Shown here: positions 25,407 to 34,449 of the stretch, piece after piece
How positions within the stretch are numbered: the stretch's first letter is position 1
Layout of the letters: each line of letters starts with the position of its first letter
Assembly: GCA_964429715.1 (NCBI GenBank)
Contig: CAYSCV010000001.1
Span: forward strand, 1-41,377
Direction of reading: 5' to 3'
DNA: 41,377 nt
From: an uncultured Methanosarcinales archaeon
Lineage (GTDB): Archaea > Nanobdellota > Nanobdellia > Woesearchaeales > GW2011-AR9
Position numbers and translations under genes: made by a program
Notes under the pieces: generated by a model
Told to the model about the DNA's origin: nothing
The model's input: the letters and a program-made list of their open reading frames with translations, nothing else
Databases searched by the model: none

Positions 25407-26537
25407 CTATTTATTGGTCAGTTCAATATATATTTCTTGAAAGTGGTTTGCTACTTTTTCTGCTGAATATTTTTGGGTTATTTTATATGCATTTTCGATC
25501 ATTTGAGTATTTTGGTCTTTTATTGCTTTTTTAATACATTCACTTAAAGAGTGTGGGTCATTTGGATTAGAGAGAAGTATGGTGTTTTTTACAATTTCTT
25601 TGATTTCAGGCAAGTTAGTGGCGACAACAGGTGTTTTACACGCCATTGCTTCGAGAAGACAGGAAGGGATACTTTCGGTTCCTTGTAGTGAAAGATAAGG
25701 AAGGACAACAAGATCGGCCAGATTGACGTATTCTTCTATTTTGATGTCTGCGGTGATTATTTTGTAATTGTGGGATGTACTTTGTGGTATTTTGTGGTTT
25801 TTATTCGAATTGATTCGTTTTTCTATTTCCTGCTGGATTGAAGATATATCTTTATATCGTGGTGCGAATAGAAATAATACGTTTGGAACTGTTTTAATTA
25901 TCTCGGGCATGGATTGAATTAGGATATGGGTTCCTTTGTTTTTCCACATTGCTCCATAATGAAAAATGATGAAAGTGTTTTCATAGCCGTACTTTTTTTT
26001 AAGATTATTTTTGTTTTGTGGGAAGAATTTGTTGAGGTTTACGGGTGAAGGGATAATGTCTGTTTTTGAATGAAGTGATGGTTTTATGTTGTTTAAAAAT
26101 GAGGGGGTAGGAATTGTAATTCTATCAGCTGATTTTAGTAGAAAATAGCCATTATCACCCAAAGTATGGCGGGAGGAGGATTTGAGTGTATTTATGATTT
26201 TTATTTTTGGATGAAGCAAACGTGTGAAGTAGTTACTGAAAGCAAATAAGGGGGTGGCACTGAAATTGTGTATTATGTCAAATTTAAGGTTTAGATCTTG
26301 CTGAATTTTATCTATAGCGACGATAGGACCAACAGAGATTGATAAGAGAGGGTTGATGGTGCGATGTAGTGATACTGTGCCTATTTGTTCATACGATGGA
26401 TAGTTTTTTGCTTTTTTGCAGATAATGATTACAGTGTGGTTTTTTTCTATGAGCGATTGAGCTAATTCAGTTAGGGTAATACGGGTTGCTTCTTTGGGGT
26501 TGCGTAACGCACTGATGGAAATTAAAGCGATATTCAT
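25407..26537 (-). CDS. GT4-family (GT-B, glycosyltransferase group 1) glycosyltransferase
   Basis: C-terminal E-x7-E-type motif region (ESIPSCLLEAMACKTPVVATN). Length is 376 aa. Confidence 0.8.
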   Translation of the reverse strand: MNIALISISALRNPKEATRITLTELAQSLIEKNHTVIIICKKAKNYPSYEQIGTVSLHRTINPLLSISVGPIVAIDKIQQDLNLKFDIIHNFSATPLFAFSNYFTRLLHPKIKIINTLKSSSRHTLGDNGYFLLKSADRITIPTPSFLNNIKPSLHSKTDIIPSPVNLNKFFPQNKNNLKKKYGYENTFIIFHYGAMWKNKGTHILIQSMPEIIKTVPNVLFLFAPRYKDISSIQQEIEKRINSNKNHKIPQSTSHNYKIITADIKIEEYVNLADLVVLPYLSLQGTESIPSCLLEAMACKTPVVATNLPEIKEIVKNTILLSNPNDPHSLSECIKKAIKDQNTQMIENAYKITQKYSAEKVANHFQEIYIELTNK

Positions 26538-27490
26538 TTTGTTAAGTCGTTTTCTTTTTTGTACAATATATTATTAATTTTTGTACAGTATATTATTAAA
26601 TTACTTCCTCTTCGTTTATTTTTGTCTATCTTTTTTATAAAAGTGACACCTATTTTGGTGAAAGCATCAGTAATTTTAGTGTATTTTGGAGGTGAATAAT
26701 ATTGTGAGGTGGAGTATTCTGTAAAAATATCTAAAATGTTTAAATTATTGGCATTGCAGAGGTTACTGATATTTTTAGGGTTGAAAGCATAAAGATGACG
26801 CGGGGGGTCACAGCAAAGCCAGGGTGTTTTTAAGAATTTGTATAATGCTGTGGGTACACGATGAAGATGAAATCGTGTTATCATAAAAATGTAGCTTGCG
26901 ACCCATTTTGGGCGAAAGAGATATTCGGTGGTGTCTTGATTTGGGGTTGTTAGAATGAGCAGGCCGTTTTCTGAGAGGGTATTTTTCATTTTGGATAAAA
27001 ATTCATTCACATTCGGGTAATGTTCAATGATTTGGTTACAGAAGATGATGTCATATTTTTCTTGAAAGTTATTTTTTAGCGCGTCCCCTTCAATTACTTT
27101 TAGAATATTACCATATTTTTGTTGAACATAGGCACATGATTTGGAATCTATATCTATTAATGTAACATTGTATCCTGATTTCGCAAACGCTTGGGCGTAT
27201 AGTCCGGTGCCACCACCTACATCTAAGAGTTTGCCGTTTTCTTTCGTATACTTTTTAATGTCTAAAATTATCTTGGCAACATTTTTATTAATTTCTTGTT
27301 CTTTTTCTGTTATTTTTGATTCGTTAGGAAGATTGAATAAATACCCTTTGTAATAGTTTTTTATCTCTTCTGGTGTAGGTAATGGAGTACAGGTGATAAG
27401 ATTACATTTTGGACAATTTAGAAGGGTATATTTGTCGCGGCGTTTGATGAGGGATTGCAGGGGAATATGGCAAGAGGGGCACAGGGTCAT
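26534..27490 (-). CDS. Class I SAM-dependent methyltransferase with N-terminal Cys4 zinc-ribbon
   Basis: CPSCH...CPKCN zinc ribbon and LLDVGGGTGLYA motif I. A 4-nt ATGA overlap with the downstream GT4 suggests translational coupling. Confidence 0.8.
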   Translation of the reverse strand: MTLCPSCHIPLQSLIKRRDKYTLLNCPKCNLITCTPLPTPEEIKNYYKGYLFNLPNESKITEKEQEINKNVAKIILDIKKYTKENGKLLDVGGGTGLYAQAFAKSGYNVTLIDIDSKSCAYVQQKYGNILKVIEGDALKNNFQEKYDIIFCNQIIEHYPNVNEFLSKMKNTLSENGLLILTTPNQDTTEYLFRPKWVASYIFMITRFHLHRVPTALYKFLKTPWLCCDPPRHLYAFNPKNISNLCNANNLNILDIFTEYSTSQYYSPPKYTKITDAFTKIGVTFIKKIDKNKRRGSNLIIYCTKINNILYKKENDLTK

Positions 27491-27510
27491 ACTCTTTCGT
27501 TTTTAGAGGG

Positions 27511-27520
27511 TATTTAAATA
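27511..27520 (-). promoter_or_regulatory. TATA-box-like element (tatttaaata) for the minus-strand operon starting at 27490
   Basis: Centred about 26 nt upstream of the ATG at 27490, with no SD. Confidence 0.35.
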
Positions 27521-27622
27521 TTTATAGAAACAGGAGCTTTTTATAATATAGAAGCCAAACTGTAAACATAAAAAATTAGTTTGAATTTTAATTTTCTCTC
27601 TTATCTGTTTTTGTAATACATA

Positions 27623-27633
27623 ATATTTATAAA
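27623..27633 (+). promoter_or_regulatory. TATA-box-like element (atatttataaa) for the plus-strand NulO operon
   Basis: Centred about 29 nt upstream of ATG 27658, with no SD. Confidence 0.35.
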
Positions 27634-27657
27634 GCAATTATTGACTCGAAATTGTAT

Positions 27658-28731
27658 ATGGATGAGGCTGTTATTGGTATTAAATGTATTAAAATTGGTT
27701 CTAGGTTAGTTGGTTCAGGTTATCCTACTTTTATTATTGCGGAAGCGGGTGTGAATCATGATGGGAGTATTGAGAAAGCGAAAAAGATGATTGATGTGGC
27801 GGTGGCGGCAGGAGCTGATGCAGTTAAGTTTCAGACGTTTACAGGGGAGACTCTTGCGTCTAAAGATGCGATGCTGGCAACGTATCATAAGAAGGGAGCG
27901 GTATCGGAGCAGGAGACATTAAAAGAGTTGTTGAAGAGGTTGGAATTAAATAAAGAGCAACATAGAGTTTTATTTGAGTATGCGCGCCAGCGAGGAATTA
28001 TGATTTTTTCAACACCGTTTGATGAGAAAAGTGTTGATATTTTGGAGGAGTTAGGGGTGGATTTGTATAAAATTGCATCATTTAGCCTTACGAATTATCC
28101 TTTGTTACGACATATTGCAAAAAAGAATAAACCAATGGTTATGTCGACGGGATTACATACATTAGGAGAGATTGAAGAGGCAGTTAAAGTTATCTATGAA
28201 ACTGGCAATACTCAATTAGCGTTATTACATTGCACTTCTCATTATCCGATTACGGCGGCGGATGCAAATTTACGAACAATGAATACGTTGCGTTCGGCTT
28301 TTGATGTGCCGGTAGGATATTCTGATCACACGATGGGAATTACGGTGACGTTAGCTTCTGTGGCGATGGGGGCGACTATTGTTGAGAAACATTTTACTTT
28401 AAATACACAAGATAGAGGAGTTGATCATGATGCGTCAATTAGCCCTGCGGAATTATATGGGTTAGTTCAAGGGATTCGGGATATTGAAGCGGCGATGGGA
28501 ACGTCACGTAAGGTAATTCCACAAATTGAGAAAGAAATTCAGAAAGTACATCGGCCGAGTCTGGTTTCTACAGTTGATATTCCGGCTGGAGTGGTACTTA
28601 CGTCAGAGATGGTTGGTATTAAAAAACCAGGAACAGGGATTCATCCTCGTGATCTTGCTTGGGTTATTGGGAGAAAAGCAACAGTTGCGATTGAAGCGGA
28701 TCGTTTGATAAAAAAAGAGGATTTGGAATAA
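27658..28731 (+). CDS. Nonulosonic acid synthase (NeuB/PseI/LegI family) with C-terminal SAF domain
   Basis: FIIAEAGVNHDGSIEKAKKMIDVAVAAGADAVKFQTF, HCTSHYP and SDHT metal-ligand motifs, and a SAF-like C-terminus. The track ORF starts at TTG 27652. ATG 27658 is more likely. Confidence 0.85.
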   Translation: MDEAVIGIKCIKIGSRLVGSGYPTFIIAEAGVNHDGSIEKAKKMIDVAVAAGADAVKFQTFTGETLASKDAMLATYHKKGAVSEQETLKELLKRLELNKEQHRVLFEYARQRGIMIFSTPFDEKSVDILEELGVDLYKIASFSLTNYPLLRHIAKKNKPMVMSTGLHTLGEIEEAVKVIYETGNTQLALLHCTSHYPITAADANLRTMNTLRSAFDVPVGYSDHTMGITVTLASVAMGATIVEKHFTLNTQDRGVDHDASISPAELYGLVQGIRDIEAAMGTSRKVIPQIEKEIQKVHRPSLVSTVDIPAGVVLTSEMVGIKKPGTGIHPRDLAWVIGRKATVAIEADRLIKKEDLE

Positions 28732-28735
28732 TCAA

Positions 28736-29785
28736 ATGGTTCTTTTGGAAATAAAAATAGGTAATAAACTTATCGGTGAAGGTCATCCTACATTTTTTAT
28801 AGCGGAAGTTGCATGTGCGCATGAGGGTAATTTTGATGCTGCAAAAAGGATGGTTGATGCTGCGGTTGAAGCAAAAGCGGATGCGGTGAAGTTTCAAATT
28901 ATTAATAAAGAAGCGTATATGGTTCCATCGCATCCAATTTATCCTATTGTTGAAAAAGTAGAATTTAATGCTATGCAATGGAAAGAATTGCGTGAATATG
29001 CTGCTCAAAAAGGGATTTTGTTTTTTGTGGATGGATATGATGTTCCTTCGACACGTTTGGCGGCAGAGATTAAAGTGGATGCGTTGAAAATACATTCTTC
29101 TGATCTTACAAACCATGAGGCTATAGAGGAAGCGGCAAAAACGATGCTGCCCTTATTTTTAGGAGTTGGTTCAACGACAATGGATGAGATTAGTGCGGCT
29201 CTCTGTGTCGTTAGGAAATATCATAATAATATTGTTATTATGCATGGCTATCAGGCGTTTCCGACAAAGTTAGAAGGATTGAATTTTAATTTTGTGAAAA
29301 CGTTAAAAGCAGCATATAATTTACCGGTTGGTATTCTTGATCATACAGAAGGAGAGACTTTTTTTAGTAAAATTGTTCCACTGTTCACGCCATTTGTCGG
29401 GGCGGAAGTGATTGAAAAACATTTTGTGTTGGATCGGTCTTTGAAAGGAATTGACTATGAGTCATCGGTTAATCCTAATACCTTACGGGAAATTGTGGAT
29501 AATTTACGAAAAGTGGAAACAACGTTTGGTTCAGGGTTTCCGGTTGTGCATTTTAACAAAGAAGAGCAAAAATATAGGGATTTGATGAAGAAAGCGATTG
29601 TGGCAGTTCGAGATATTGCAAAAGGAGAGATTCTTACGCGAGAAATGATGGCGTTCAAACGGGCTGGTCCAGGTTTGCGACCGATGGATGTTGATACAAT
29701 AATCGGAAAGAGAACCGTACGAGTGTTTCATAAGAATGAAAAGATTTCGATAGCAGATTTACAGGAGAATTTACAAAAGAATTGA
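28736..29785 (+). CDS. Second, diverged NeuB-family synthase paralogue with SAF domain
   Basis: FFIAEVACAHEGNFDAAKRMVDAAVEAKADAVKFQ (GxNHxG is replaced by ACAHEG), MHGYQAFP, LDHT, and a SAF-like C-terminus. Confidence 0.75.
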   Translation: MVLLEIKIGNKLIGEGHPTFFIAEVACAHEGNFDAAKRMVDAAVEAKADAVKFQIINKEAYMVPSHPIYPIVEKVEFNAMQWKELREYAAQKGILFFVDGYDVPSTRLAAEIKVDALKIHSSDLTNHEAIEEAAKTMLPLFLGVGSTTMDEISAALCVVRKYHNNIVIMHGYQAFPTKLEGLNFNFVKTLKAAYNLPVGILDHTEGETFFSKIVPLFTPFVGAEVIEKHFVLDRSLKGIDYESSVNPNTLREIVDNLRKVETTFGSGFPVVHFNKEEQKYRDLMKKAIVAVRDIAKGEILTREMMAFKRAGPGLRPMDVDTIIGKRTVRVFHKNEKISIADLQENLQKN

Positions 29786-29799
29786 GGGGTTAATTTACA

Positions 29800-31242
29800 A
29801 TGAATGTGGGAATATTAGTGGCGTGTCGAATGAAATCACAGCGGTTACCACGCAAAGCGTTGCTGCCGATAGTGGGTATACCTTTGATTGATCATTTATT
29901 GGAACGAGTGAAGAGTGCAAAATTACCAATAGGAATTGTGCTTTGCACGTCAACACATCCAGAAGATGTGGTTTTAGAAGAAGCGGCGATACGACAACAG
30001 GTGCATTTTTTTAAAGGGTCGGAAGAGGATGTGATGGGGCGATTTATTGCGGCGGCAGAACTGTTTAAATTTGATGCGGTTGTACGTGTTACAGGAGATA
30101 ATCCGTTAACTGATCCTGAATATATTGATCGTTTAATTCAGAGTCATATTGAATCTAAAGCAGATTTTTCGAAAGTGGAGCAGCTTCCATTAGGGACAAA
30201 TTGTGAGGTTATTTCGTTGTCAACATTGCGCAAAGCGCATGAATTAGCAGCGGATCCTAATTTAAGTGAATACATGACGGCGTATCTTAAACAGCCAAAA
30301 TATTTTAAAATTAATTTACTGGATGTCGATCCTTATTTGAAACATCCTGAAATTCGGTTAACTGTTGATGTTGCAGAAGATATTCAATTGATGGAAGAAA
30401 TTTATGGGAAGTTGTATACTAAACCAGGAGAAATATTTTCATTACGTTCTGTGATTGAGTTACTTACTGAACAGAGGCCGGAGTTGTTGAATTTGAATAA
30501 GAAAGTACCTGAGCGAGCATTACCTAAAATTTTAATGAAAGGTGATCCGGTAGAGGATAAGCCGAAAATTGTGATTTGCGGGGCGAGAATGGATGGGCAT
30601 GCAGGGGTTGTATTACAGGTTATTGAGCAATTTGCGTTATATAATGTGGTGGGATTTGCGGATGATGATGTGCGGTTGCATAATACGATGATTCAAGGTA
30701 TTCCTGTGTTAGGGAGTATTGATGAATTATTATTAAAAGTTCCGTTAGGGACGGTTGGTTTTTTTGTAGCGAGTGGAAGCAATGAATTTAGAGAAAAATG
30801 TTTTACTTTTTTACAAAAACACAAGTTAGAGTTAGTTAATGTGATTCATCCTTGCGCGCAAATTTCTTCAATGACGAAAATGGGGAAAGGCGTTTTTGCG
30901 GGGGCGAATGTGGTGACCACAAATAATGTTACAATTGGTGACGGGGTTATTCTTAATACAGCGTGTACGATTGATCATGATACTGTTGTTGGTGATTTTG
31001 TGAATATTAGTCCGGGATGTCATACGTCAGGCAGGGTTCGAATTGGCAAACGGGTTTTTTTAGGAACAGGTGTGGTGCTACTTCCAGATCTCGTAGTAGA
31101 AGATAATGCAATTGTGGGAGCGGGGGCAGTTGTCACAAAAAATGTTGGATCAAATACTACGGTTGCGGGTGTTCCGGCTCGTTCTCTTACTGATTCAGTT
31201 ACAAATCCTGCGGTGATAAGTAAGAAAGAGGTGAAGTTATGA
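29800..31242 (+). CDS. Fusion of an acylneuraminate/SpsF-type cytidylyltransferase domain and a NeuD/PglD-type hexapeptide-repeat acetyltransferase domain
   Basis: N-terminus: ACRMKSQRLPRKALLPIVGIPLI, the CMP-sugar synthetase signature. C-terminus: a Rossmann-like ICGARMDGHAGVV followed by left-handed beta-helix repeats (IGDGVILNTACTIDHDTVVGDFVNISPG). GAGGGG SD lies upstream. Confidence 0.75.
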   Translation: MNVGILVACRMKSQRLPRKALLPIVGIPLIDHLLERVKSAKLPIGIVLCTSTHPEDVVLEEAAIRQQVHFFKGSEEDVMGRFIAAAELFKFDAVVRVTGDNPLTDPEYIDRLIQSHIESKADFSKVEQLPLGTNCEVISLSTLRKAHELAADPNLSEYMTAYLKQPKYFKINLLDVDPYLKHPEIRLTVDVAEDIQLMEEIYGKLYTKPGEIFSLRSVIELLTEQRPELLNLNKKVPERALPKILMKGDPVEDKPKIVICGARMDGHAGVVLQVIEQFALYNVVGFADDDVRLHNTMIQGIPVLGSIDELLLKVPLGTVGFFVASGSNEFREKCFTFLQKHKLELVNVIHPCAQISSMTKMGKGVFAGANVVTTNNVTIGDGVILNTACTIDHDTVVGDFVNISPGCHTSGRVRIGKRVFLGTGVVLLPDLVVEDNAIVGAGAVVTKNVGSNTTVAGVPARSLTDSVTNPAVISKKEVKL

Positions 31243-33455
31243 GGCAAGATGTCAAGCGAGAAATTTCATTGGTGAAACCAACTTTACATGATTTTGATTT
31301 GTTTTGTCAAAGGGCAAAAGCGGCATTTGAGAGTGGTTGTTTGACAAATAATGGGCCTTTTTTGCAGCAATTTGAAAAAGGGGTAAAAGAGTATTTAGAT
31401 ACACCAACAGCAGCAGTGTCCAATGGAACTTTAGGTTTAATTATGGCGTTGAAAGGAAAAGGGCTTAAAGGAAAAGCGATTGTTCCTAGTTTTACGTATT
31501 GTGCGACAGTTCATGCGCTCGTGTGGGCAGGTTTAGAACCTATTTTTGTTGATATTGATCCTGAAACATTTACGTTAGATCCTGTGAAAGTTAGGGAGGC
31601 GATTACGCCTGATACTTCAGTTATTTTAGGAGTACATGTGTTTGGCAATCCTTGCGCCATAGATGAATTAGCGGCTATTGCTCAAGAATTTAATATTATG
31701 CTTATGTTTGATTCGGCACATGCTTTTGGGGCAAGTTATAAAGGGAAAAAAATAGGGGGATTTGGGGCGGCGGAAGTGTTTAGTACACATGCGACAAAGA
31801 CGTTTATGTCGGTTGAAGGGGGTTTAGTTACAACTCGTGATCCAGCTTTATTGGATTATATTCAACGAGTACGAACTTTTGGTATTGAGAATGTTGTTGA
31901 TACGTCTCTTATAGGGACAAATGCAAAGTTAAGTGAGTTGCATGCGATAGTGGGTTTAGATAGTTTGAGTTATTTTCCAGCGAATTTGGAAAAAAGAAAA
32001 GAATTAGTACGAACATATAAAGAAAATTTAACAGGGATTAAAGGATTACGTTTTCAAAAGATTCAAGAAAATGCGGAGAGTAGTTATTTCTTTTTTAGTA
32101 TTGTTGTTGATCCTAAACAATTCGGGATGTCGCGTGATGAACTTGCTAGTGTTTTAGCGGATGCAGGGGTGCAAACTAGGAAATATTTTTATCTGCCTGT
32201 GCATCAACATACAGCGTATAAACATTTTACTGTTTCTGGAAAAATTAAAAATAGTTTAGTTCATACTGAGTATATTGCAGAAAATATTTTATGTCTGCCA
32301 ACGCACGTGGGTTTAACGTTTGAAGAAGTAGAGTATATTACTAGGATTATTGTGAACACACATGAACGGGTGAGACCAAAAGCAGTTTCGATAGAGAAGG
32401 TTAAAGAGGAGAGTTCACAATCAGGAAATGGTTTTTTCTTAGGAAAGAAATTAGCAAATGGGGTAATTAAGAGGGTATTAGTTACTGGTGGAGCTGGGTA
32501 TGTGGGAAGTGTGCTTGTAAAAAAATTGTTGAATAAGGGGTATCAAGTAAGAGTATTGGATAAACTTATTTTTGGGAAAGATTCTTTGCAAGAAATGGGG
32601 GATAATCCTCATTTGGATCTTTGCGTGGGGGCAGTTGAGGATAAGTATACTGTGGCGAAATGTTTAGATGGTGTTGATGCGATTATACATCTTTCGGGCT
32701 TATCTAATGATCCTTCGTGTGAAATCAATCCAGAGTTGACGCGCAAAGAAAATGTTGAAGCTACAAAAGTATTATTATCTTTAGCTAAAGAAAATGGAGT
32801 GAAACGTTTTATTTATGCTTCTTCGTGCAGTGTATATGGGTTTACAGGAGATAATGTAGTGGTTACGGAAAAGAGCGCTTTGAATCCATTGACAGCGTAT
32901 GCAAAATCAAAAGTGGATTGTGAAGAGCTTATTTTACCTTATGCTTCTGATACTTTTGGAGTGGTTTGTCTACGAAAAGCGACAATTTATGGGCCTTCTT
33001 CACGCATGAGGTTTGATCTTGTGATTAATACCATGACAGGGATGGCTGTGAGTGAGAAGAAGATTACGATTAATGGAGGGGAACAATGGAGGCCCTTTTT
33101 ACATGTAGAAGATGCAGCCGACGCATATATTTTTATGTTGGAGGCGCCGCTTGAGAACGTAAATGGGCAGATTTTTAATGTAGGAAGTACTGAGCAAAAT
33201 TTACGGATTGTTGATTTGGCGCAGGCAGTGAGTCGTTTGATTCCGGATGCAAAAGTGGAACGAAGTGATTCTTCTGATACGCGGAGTTATCATGTGAGTT
33301 TTGATAAGATTAATATTCTTGGTTGGCGAGCAACAAAAACGATCGATGAAGGAATTGTGGGAGTGCAGAAAATGTTTCTTGATGGCCGGGTGAAAGATTT
33401 TCGTGATTTGAATTATTTTAATATTAAAAGGTTGATAACATATTTAAATATTTAA
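31239..33455 (+). CDS. Fusion of a DegT/DnrJ/EryC1-type sugar aminotransferase and an extended-SDR epimerase/dehydratase domain
   Basis: The N-terminal ~380 aa have the PLP-lysine region STHATKTFMSVEGG. The C-terminal ~320 aa have VTGGAGYVG and YAKSK. A 4-nt ATGA overlap joins it to the upstream gene. Confidence 0.8.
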   Translation: MRQDVKREISLVKPTLHDFDLFCQRAKAAFESGCLTNNGPFLQQFEKGVKEYLDTPTAAVSNGTLGLIMALKGKGLKGKAIVPSFTYCATVHALVWAGLEPIFVDIDPETFTLDPVKVREAITPDTSVILGVHVFGNPCAIDELAAIAQEFNIMLMFDSAHAFGASYKGKKIGGFGAAEVFSTHATKTFMSVEGGLVTTRDPALLDYIQRVRTFGIENVVDTSLIGTNAKLSELHAIVGLDSLSYFPANLEKRKELVRTYKENLTGIKGLRFQKIQENAESSYFFFSIVVDPKQFGMSRDELASVLADAGVQTRKYFYLPVHQHTAYKHFTVSGKIKNSLVHTEYIAENILCLPTHVGLTFEEVEYITRIIVNTHERVRPKAVSIEKVKEESSQSGNGFFLGKKLANGVIKRVLVTGGAGYVGSVLVKKLLNKGYQVRVLDKLIFGKDSLQEMGDNPHLDLCVGAVEDKYTVAKCLDGVDAIIHLSGLSNDPSCEINPELTRKENVEATKVLLSLAKENGVKRFIYASSCSVYGFTGDNVVVTEKSALNPLTAYAKSKVDCEELILPYASDTFGVVCLRKATIYGPSSRMRFDLVINTMTGMAVSEKKITINGGEQWRPFLHVEDAADAYIFMLEAPLENVNGQIFNVGSTEQNLRIVDLAQAVSRLIPDAKVERSDSSDTRSYHVSFDKINILGWRATKTIDEGIVGVQKMFLDGRVKDFRDLNYFNIKRLITYLNI

Positions 33456-33474
33456 TTTTGATGGATTTAATGTT

Positions 33475-34449
33475 ATGAAAATTGCGGTAAAATCGGGTGT
33501 GGAACAGTTAGGTTTATTTGAGGGTGAATCGTTTCCTTGTTATGAAGCGTATCTTTGCGGTGAGGAGAATCTTTCTGATCTTTTGAAAACGAAGATGAAG
33601 CTTGCGGCGTTGCATATGCCGGGTGCTGTTATGATCTCTACAAGACGAGAGGTTGTTGATTTTGCACAAGAAGGGGAAGTAGCGGATGCTTGTTTTCAGA
33701 AGTTGCAGGATCTTATTTTGTTTGCTTCTGGTCATGATGTTATGTTTATAATTATTCATCTTGGTTTTTTTAATAGTTTGACTGAGAAGAGAGAAGGGGT
33801 TTTAGAACGGGTGGCGAAACGATTTAATAGATTATTTGAGACTTTAGGGGATTTGAATGTGAGGGTATGTGTGGAAAATGTGCCACGATGGACGAATATT
33901 TGTTTTGAGCATGAGCCTTTACTAAGTGATGCTGCACATCTGATGGTGTTTCAAAAAATGTGTCCGGCAATAGGTGTTACTTTAGATGTAGATCATTTAG
34001 CGATTGATACGGTCTTTGGATATTTTGAATCGGGGTTTACAGAGCGTTATATTTTGGAATCTGATAAAGATCGGTTTCGCGTGATGATGCAGGAGGAGAT
34101 GATGTTATTTACAAGATCTTTTTCTTCTCTTTTTACACAATTGATTGAACAACGGTTGATTGATTTTATAGAGAAAGTACAGCCAGATACGGTGCATGCG
34201 GTTGGTTCTGATTTTTGTCAGTATGAATTGGTTGATGGCAAACTTCCGTTACGGGGGGAGGCACTGCCTTTAGGTTTTAACGGGATGATTAAAGGGGTAC
34301 ATGTGGAGGATAGAATTGATCATGCGTTCTGGTTGTTGCGACTTACGGATTGCAGGCTTATTACTTTAGAATTATATTTACGTGCGGATTATGATTATGT
34401 GAAGATGATGAGAGACAATTATGATTTTGTTTCATCTACTCTTTTATGA
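33475..34449 (+). CDS. Xylose-isomerase-like TIM-barrel protein (sugar phosphate isomerase/epimerase superfamily), function unknown
   Basis: Spaced LHMPG, IIIHLG, VCVENV, LDVDHL, VHAVGSD and ITLEL segments match the metal-ligand pattern of AP-endonuclease-2/xylose-isomerase-like barrels. Confidence 0.45.
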   Translation: MKIAVKSGVEQLGLFEGESFPCYEAYLCGEENLSDLLKTKMKLAALHMPGAVMISTRREVVDFAQEGEVADACFQKLQDLILFASGHDVMFIIIHLGFFNSLTEKREGVLERVAKRFNRLFETLGDLNVRVCVENVPRWTNICFEHEPLLSDAAHLMVFQKMCPAIGVTLDVDHLAIDTVFGYFESGFTERYILESDKDRFRVMMQEEMMLFTRSFSSLFTQLIEQRLIDFIEKVQPDTVHAVGSDFCQYELVDGKLPLRGEALPLGFNGMIKGVHVEDRIDHAFWLLRLTDCRLITLELYLRADYDYVKMMRDNYDFVSSTLL

